Positions 57,007 through 64,000 of a stretch of DNA of 64,000 nt are shown here, one piece after another. The number at the start of each line of letters is the position of its first letter. Within the stretch, counting starts at the first letter, position 1. Source of the stretch: Octopus vulgaris (Eukaryota); contig OX597834.1 of the NCBI GenBank assembly GCA_951406725.2, positions 2,728,001 through 2,792,000 on the forward strand, written 5' to 3'. The translations under genes were made by a program, and so were the position numbers. The notes under the pieces were generated by a model. It saw nothing but the letters and a program-made list of their open reading frames with translations. It did not search any database and had not been told where the DNA came from.

Positions 57007-57645
57007 TAGCAGCGATTGTTTACACAAGGCCAAACTAATATAAGTTGACGTGCAAACAAAAGAAGCTTAAAGATATTTCATCTTCCCCACCGCCTCTCCC
57101 TCTCTCTTCTCCACTCCCCTCTCCTATCTATCTTTCCCCCTCTCCCCTCTCTGTCTGTCTCTTTCTCTCTCTCTCTCTCTTTTCATCTCCCACACTATTT
57201 CATTTCACTCAAGCTCTACCTCTGTGAGGTAGTAGCGGAAGTGACGTAAAGCACAGATCACGTTAAGACGTACTCCATGTCACCCTCTTTAATTGTCTCT
57301 CCCTTTCTCTCTCACCCTTCTCCCTCTCTTACCACAATAATTTCTCTCTCTGCTTCATTCTCTCTCTCTCTCTTTCTCTCATCTCCCCCTCTCCCTCTCT
57401 CTTTCTGAATAGATACTCTATCGGCATTATGGCGGCAACATTAGGTCTATGTCACGTGGTCTACTTCTATCCATCAACACATTCCGTGGGATTAATATTT
57501 ATCTTCTTATACCAGTTTATCTGTGTTTTTTAGCAGTATGTATGTGTGGCGAGAATAAGCTGTATAATTAGGTTCTCTATACATATACATACATACATAC
57601 ATACATGTAGTATATATACACACGTACGTATGTACTTGCATATAT

Positions 57646-57697
<52 letters not shown>

Positions 57698-58378
57698 TCA
57701 CACACACACACACACGCATATATATATATATATATATATGAAGTATATATGTGTGCATATACATGCATATACATATTATTTGTATGTATGTATTATCTGT
57801 GGAAAGAATTAGCTGTGAAATTAGGTTGCGTATAAATATATGTGCGTGTGTGTGTCTGCGTGTACATATATACACATGCATATACCTACATGTATATATG
57901 TGTGTGTATATATATATATATATGTGTGTGTTTGTGTGTGTATGTGTGTGTGTGTATGTGTGTGTGTATACATACATACTTATATACATACAAATATATC
58001 CGTATATGTATGAATGTATTAATCTATTTTACATATGTATGTATGTATGCATATATGCGTGTACACAAGAATGTATATTTGTCTGTGTGTGAATGTGTCT
58101 ATATGTAAATCTATATATATGTGTGTGTGTGTATGTGTGAGTGTGTCCGCACGTGCGCGCGCCTGTGTATGTGTGTGTGTATGTGTGTATGTGTGTGTGT
58201 GTGCGTGTGTGTGTCTTTCCCCCGAAGCCAATCAGCTAAAATTGAAGCTCAACAATTCACTTGAATAAATTCATTCGTTGTGTTTTTTACGCCATTCACC
58301 TGTGAAATTCAACAATGTCATCATCAGTACCACTATCACCACCACTACCATTATCGCATCACCACCACCACCACCACC

Positions 58379-58445
<67 letters not shown>

Positions 58446-58562
58446 CGACCATCACCATCGTCATAAATGACTTAGGAAAGACTGACATCATCATTAAGAG
58501 AGATCTGAAAACTTCAAATGTGTTTATATTATCAATATTTTCTTATTCAAGTTATGAAGTTG

Positions 58563-58599
<37 letters not shown>

Positions 58600-58851
58600 C
58601 AAATTCAGGTTATGCACATATGTGTGTGGGGGGGTGACTGTGTATGTATTTTAATAGGAATCTATCAACTTAAAATTTATGTAGCTACTTAGCATTAATG
58701 CAACGAGTAAATATTATTGTTAGTAATTAATATTAATGTATCTACTTTCCACTTAATATTTATGTAGTTATTTAATATTAATGTAAGGAGGAGCTATTTC
58801 TGAAATTAGTTAATATTAAAGTAGGTAGTGTCAGGCGGCGAGCTGGGCGAA

Positions 58852-59230
58852 ACGTTAGCACGCTGGGCGAAATTCTTTGTGGTATTTCGTCCGCCGCTGC
58901 GTTCTGAATTCAAATTCCACCGAGGTCGACTTTGCCTTTTCATCCTTTCGGGCTCAATTAAATAAGTACCAGTTTCACACTGGGGTCGATGTAATCGACT
59001 TAATCCGTTTGTCTGTCCTTGTTTCTCCTTTCTGTGTTTAGCCCCTTGTGGATAGTAAAGAAATAAGTATTTTGTCTGTCTTTATGTTCTGAGCTCAAAT
59101 TCTGCCGAGATTGACTTTGCCTTTCATATTTTCAAGGGCCGATAAAATAAGTACCAGCTAATCACTGGGGTCCACTTAATCGACCTACCCCTCCCTCGAA
59201 ATTGCTGGCCTTGTGCCAAAATTTCAAATC
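58852..59230 (+). mobile_element. SINE family B, dimeric copy
   Basis: Head caggcggcgagctgggcgaaacgttagcacg, followed by two gactttgcc..tcat...taagtaccag cores. Confidence 0.85.
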
Positions 59231-59844
59231 AATATTAATGTAGGCAGTTAATACTAATACTACTGTTGTCTCTTAACTATTGAATATTGTTAAAAGGAAT
59301 GCAGATGGGGAATATTGATACATCCAGTTAATATCGTACCCAGTTAATATTGATACAATTCATATTTATCGAGTTAAAATGAATGTCTGAGCCTCGTAAT
59401 TGCACTTTATGAAGTTAAAACTGTTTAGTTAAAACTAATATATAGAATTAACACATTTGTATAGAGTTAGTAGAAACCTGTGGTTCATATATGCGTATTC
59501 ATATATCTATATAATCCTCTCTCTCTCACTCTGTTTCCCTAACCCTAACCCTAACACTCGGTGATATTCAATGGCGGTTATAGTTCTCCTTGTTGGTAAA
59601 TATTTGCATACTGCAGCCTAAATAGATTATTTGCATACATATTAGCGATCCGCTAAGCCATCCTTAGACTTCTATGGCGTAGACATATATGCTGAGAGTG
59701 ATCGTTGTCCGGCACCAGCCCCGAAATTCGAACCCTGAACGTTAAGACAGACGAAATGGTGCTAAGCATTTTGCCTGGCGTGCTAACGATTCCGCCAACT
59801 CGACTTGAACTTCTTATGTTAGCTCTGCCTGTCTCCCTATCTCA

Positions 59845-59892
<48 letters not shown>

Positions 59893-60532
59893 TACTTTCT
59901 GTAAACGATATAAAGCCTGACTGACGAAATTAACCAACCAACCAACCAACCCACCAATATTTATGTCGACTATTATATGTTACCACTGTTTCACTGTACA
60001 GACTCTCAGATGTTGTTATACTCCGCTTGTCGCAAATCGAACGATGCCTTCCCAATGCTTAAACAGAGAGGCAGCCATTCCCCCGAAAAGGGACATCAGT
60101 CCATTGCAGGGTAACCCGTTTACAGTTATTGTGTATATACAGATGTGTGTGTGCGCGCGTGTATGTGTGTGTGTGTTGTGTATGTGTCCGAGTGTGTATG
60201 TGTGTGCATACATATGTTATACACATATGCATATATATACATATTTATGTGCATATATGCCCCAGCATGGCCACAGCTCGTGAGCTGAAACTAGATAAAA
60301 TAAAAAATAAAAAATGAAATACATGCGTGTGTGTGTGTATCTATAATTTTTTGCGCCTATTTTAAAGAGCTGTTAAGAATAGGATTTCGTGAAGAAGTGC
60401 TTCGACTTTATTTCAAAAATATAAAATAAATTTGAACTTTGATTTAAAGTTTCGCATGACACATGTACTGTATACAACCAGTTCGATTGATTGAGAGACA
60501 GACAAAACATTATATCAGATTATGTCGGTGAA

Positions 60533-60563
<31 letters not shown>

Positions 60564-60651
60564 ATGCAATATTCGGACTGTTCCAATTGTAAGCTTTATA
60601 TTTTCAACCGGACGTTAAGTGAATTAGAAAGATGAGACAAAAAAATGTATA

Positions 60652-60698
<47 letters not shown>

Positions 60699-60749
60699 TA
60701 TATAACTAGAAAAAAATGTCTGCCTTCAGACTCCACCAGTGGAAATTTG

Positions 60750-61400
60750 ATCGAGAAAAATGATATTTTCTGCAAATACAAGGAGATAGAGGGAGAGTGA
60801 CGGGTGCTTCTGAAAGTCGAAGAATTGTTATGAAATATCTCGAGAAGAACAAAAGATACATCTAGTTATGAATAATGGTAAACTAATACAGATATAGCTG
60901 CAAATATGAAGAAAGCAAGAAATTGTTTTCTATTTTCGAGAAACTCAGTAAATATATTAAACAGTGGGTGAAATGTGAGACAAAGGAGAGACGGGCGAAA
61001 AATGAGAATATTTCAGTTAAAAGGAGACCAAAGAATTGCGGGTCAGCACAGGGTTTGGGAGTGGGGAATAGATGAAGAAAAACTCTTGGAAGTCATTTTG
61101 AAGCACAGGAAAAAAAGCCGAGACGGAAGAACTCTTTTTATTGCAGGACATGCCTGAAGTTTTTTATCCGGAATTACCAAAAATATGTGAAAGAGAAAAA
61201 CACATGAAATAATCGTAGAATATTTAGGGGTTGGGGAGAAAGAATCACGTGGTTTTGGAGTTGACAGTGTCGGCCATTGGGGTTCTTCTATGCATTTGTA
61301 CAGTCAAGCAGATGAGATGCAGAGATTCTCGGGATAGAAGACGCTTAGAAGGGCTCAAAGGATTCAAACTTAAACTCCGATGTCTTTACAGCGGATCAAT
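60750..61400 (-). mobile_element. Possible Penelope-like RT C-terminal remnant
   Basis: SSIPHSQTLC resembles SIPYSQxLR, and LCLTFHP resembles PLVLTYHP; many stops. Confidence 0.4.
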
Positions 61401-61474
61401 TCCACGGGGTAAATAATGGCTATAAAGGGGTCAAATTGATACCTTATATATATATATATATATGTATATGTATG

Positions 61475-61877
61475 TATTGTTTTATTTGTGTCAGTCGTTT
61501 GGCTGGGGCCATGCTGGAGCACCGCCTTTTAGTCGAAGAAATCGACCCCCAGGACTTATTCTTTGTAAGCCTGGTATTTATTCTGTCAGACTCTTTAGCC
61601 GGACCGCTATGTTACGGGGACATAAACACAGCAACATCAGTTGTCAAGTGATGTGGGGGAAGGACAAACACAAACACACGCATAAACATATGTATATACA
61701 TATATATATATACGACGGGATTCCTTCAGTTTCCGTCTACCAAATCCACTTATAAGGCTTTGGTCAACCCGAGGCTATAGTAGAAGACACTTGCCCAAGG
61801 TGCCACGTAGTAGGACTGAACCCAGAACATTGTGGTTAAGAAACAAGCTCCTTACCACACAGCCATGCCTGCGCCTA
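61475..61877 (-). mobile_element. SINE family A, full-length copy
   Basis: Reverse complement match to 35127-35581. Confidence 0.9.
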
Positions 61878-61934
61878 TGTATGTATACATACATACATAC
61901 ATACATACATACATACATACATACATACATACAT

Positions 61935-62487
61935 GGTGGCTGCCCCCTCGTTATCGAGTATGGCCATTGCACGAAGCTTAATCAATGTTGTTATCGTGCA
62001 ATGCCTGTGCAAGAAAATTTTTTTTTAAAGTGAGGAAAGGCTGTGCACTGAGTCAATCCCACTCACTAAGCAACATCAGCCATAATCCGAAAAGAAGAAC
62101 AAGTCAGCATCATCGGTAACCACTGAGCCGCAGGTTTTATGTCGGAGTACCCCAGTTACCTGAGTTACCTTCTCCTAGAAGGATGCCCTAACAAAGTCTA
62201 GGAGTCCTTCATTCCCAATGGTTTAACCGCGCGATCAGGTATTCAGTCCGATTATTTCTACGTCCCCGCGCATGATACAGCCTTAAGACATTTATTGGAT
62301 GGCCGTTGACTCTCAAGAGTTCCTCCGCCCTTTGACGGGTTTTGTTTTTCATCCCGCAGGGTGTCCAATAAACACCCTCCTCACCAAGCAGGCTTGGTGG
62401 GGTAGCCGGTTTAGTCACCGACGACCCGACCATGCAACAGGTTGTACTGGGTTACATGTTACCAGTAGCACTCGAAAGTGAACTGAC
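61935..62487 (-). mobile_element. Probable RTE-derived non-autonomous element inserted in (TACA)n
   Basis: GC-richer block flanked by (TACA)n on both sides; ccttctcctagaaggatgcc and ggacaccctgcgggatgaaaaacaaaacccgtc resemble RTE 5' UTR-type motifs (recall-based). Confidence 0.45.
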
Positions 62488-62801
62488 ATACATACATACG
62501 TTACTTCAACATTTACCAGGACGAAAATATTTTGTCACAAATGAAATTTCATTGTTGAAATGAAACTAACGGTTTTTGTGTATTCTTAAATGGCTTACAA
62601 ACATCTTCCATGCTGCAATTATTTTTGTTTCAGCACACGATCTCAGATCAAGTCACTTGCTATGCAAGTACATCTCCGTAACACGTAGACAAGAGTCTTC
62701 GCGTCAAGAAACTCTTATCTTTATACTGTATACATACATACATACATACATACATACATACATACATACATACATACATACATACATACATACATGCATA
62801 C

Positions 62802-63321
<520 letters not shown>

Positions 63322-63351
63322 TATACATATCAACTCATGTGTTCCTTTTCA

Positions 63352-63418
<67 letters not shown>

Positions 63419-64000
63419 CATACAACTATATATATATATATATACATACATATATAGATTTATAATTGTGTGTGTGTAATGTATGTATGTATTTACGTAA
63501 ATGCAACCACACAGAAAGGAGCGAAAAGCTGCCACCAAAGTGAGATCAGTTCACGGTACAACTTCGATCACTTTCCAATCACGTTCTTCAAATAGAAATA
63601 CTGGAGCAGTTGAGAAGGAGATAAAATGATCGGGTAGATTCTCTATCTTTTGTAAGGGGCCTAAGTCGCTGTTCGTCCTTAAAATGATAGAGAAAGGACA
63701 CACCTGACAATTCAGTCTGCGTCGACCCCAAAATATCAGAGTTTTTCGTGAAGCCAGTCAAGTATATTGTCTAACTTAGAAACGAAATCAAAAGTGGCGA
63801 GATGGGCGTGTCTGGACTCCTGTTGGTCATAGGTCTGCTGGATCTGGGTTGAATTTGGTTAAACAACAACCATCACTACCCCCACCGCCACCAACAAGCA
63901 ACGCTAGAGCATCAACCTGGAAAGCCGTGCGATATTTAATCTGATGTTCGGTGTTCAAATCTCATCCGGCTCAACTTTACTTTTCATCATTCCCAGGTTG

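Noticed and set aside
57225-57235. TGAGGTAGTAG, identical to the first 11 nt of let-7
   Set aside because: The sequence diverges after 11 nt and there is no downstream star arm, so it is not a let-7 precursor.
59537-59555. Telomeric (CCCTAA)3
   Set aside because: Only three units, interstitial; such short tracts are common inside non-autonomous transposons.

Overview
Eukaryotic, AT-rich, microsatellite-saturated genomic DNA, most likely from a coleoid cephalopod (Octopus-like; inferred from repeat content, not proven). The only host-gene coding sequence I can support is two minus-strand exons (6017-6263 and 3255-3487) of a group I metabotropic glutamate receptor (mGluR1/5-like Venus flytrap domain), with canonical GT-AG sites and matching phases. 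No neighbouring exons are visible, so about 57.7 kb to the right appears to be one large intron. That intron holds tRNA-derived SINEs of at least four families, R4/Dong, CR1, RTE and Penelope-like retroelement remnants, Tc1/mariner, hAT, Harbinger and Helitron relics, and simple repeats. Nearly all ORFs in the supplied track are microsatellite artefacts. The most unusual signal is a recurring set of short elements, mostly sitting in (TA)n and several of them palindromic, that carry minimal hammerhead-ribozyme cores (Penelope-type). Other points of interest are a ~600-bp UG tract ending beside the branch point of an mGluR exon, a head-to-tail Helitron array, Dong copies in (TAA)n, and a few motif-dense unique islands that may be enhancers. 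There are no prokaryotic features (no CRISPR, rRNA or operons).
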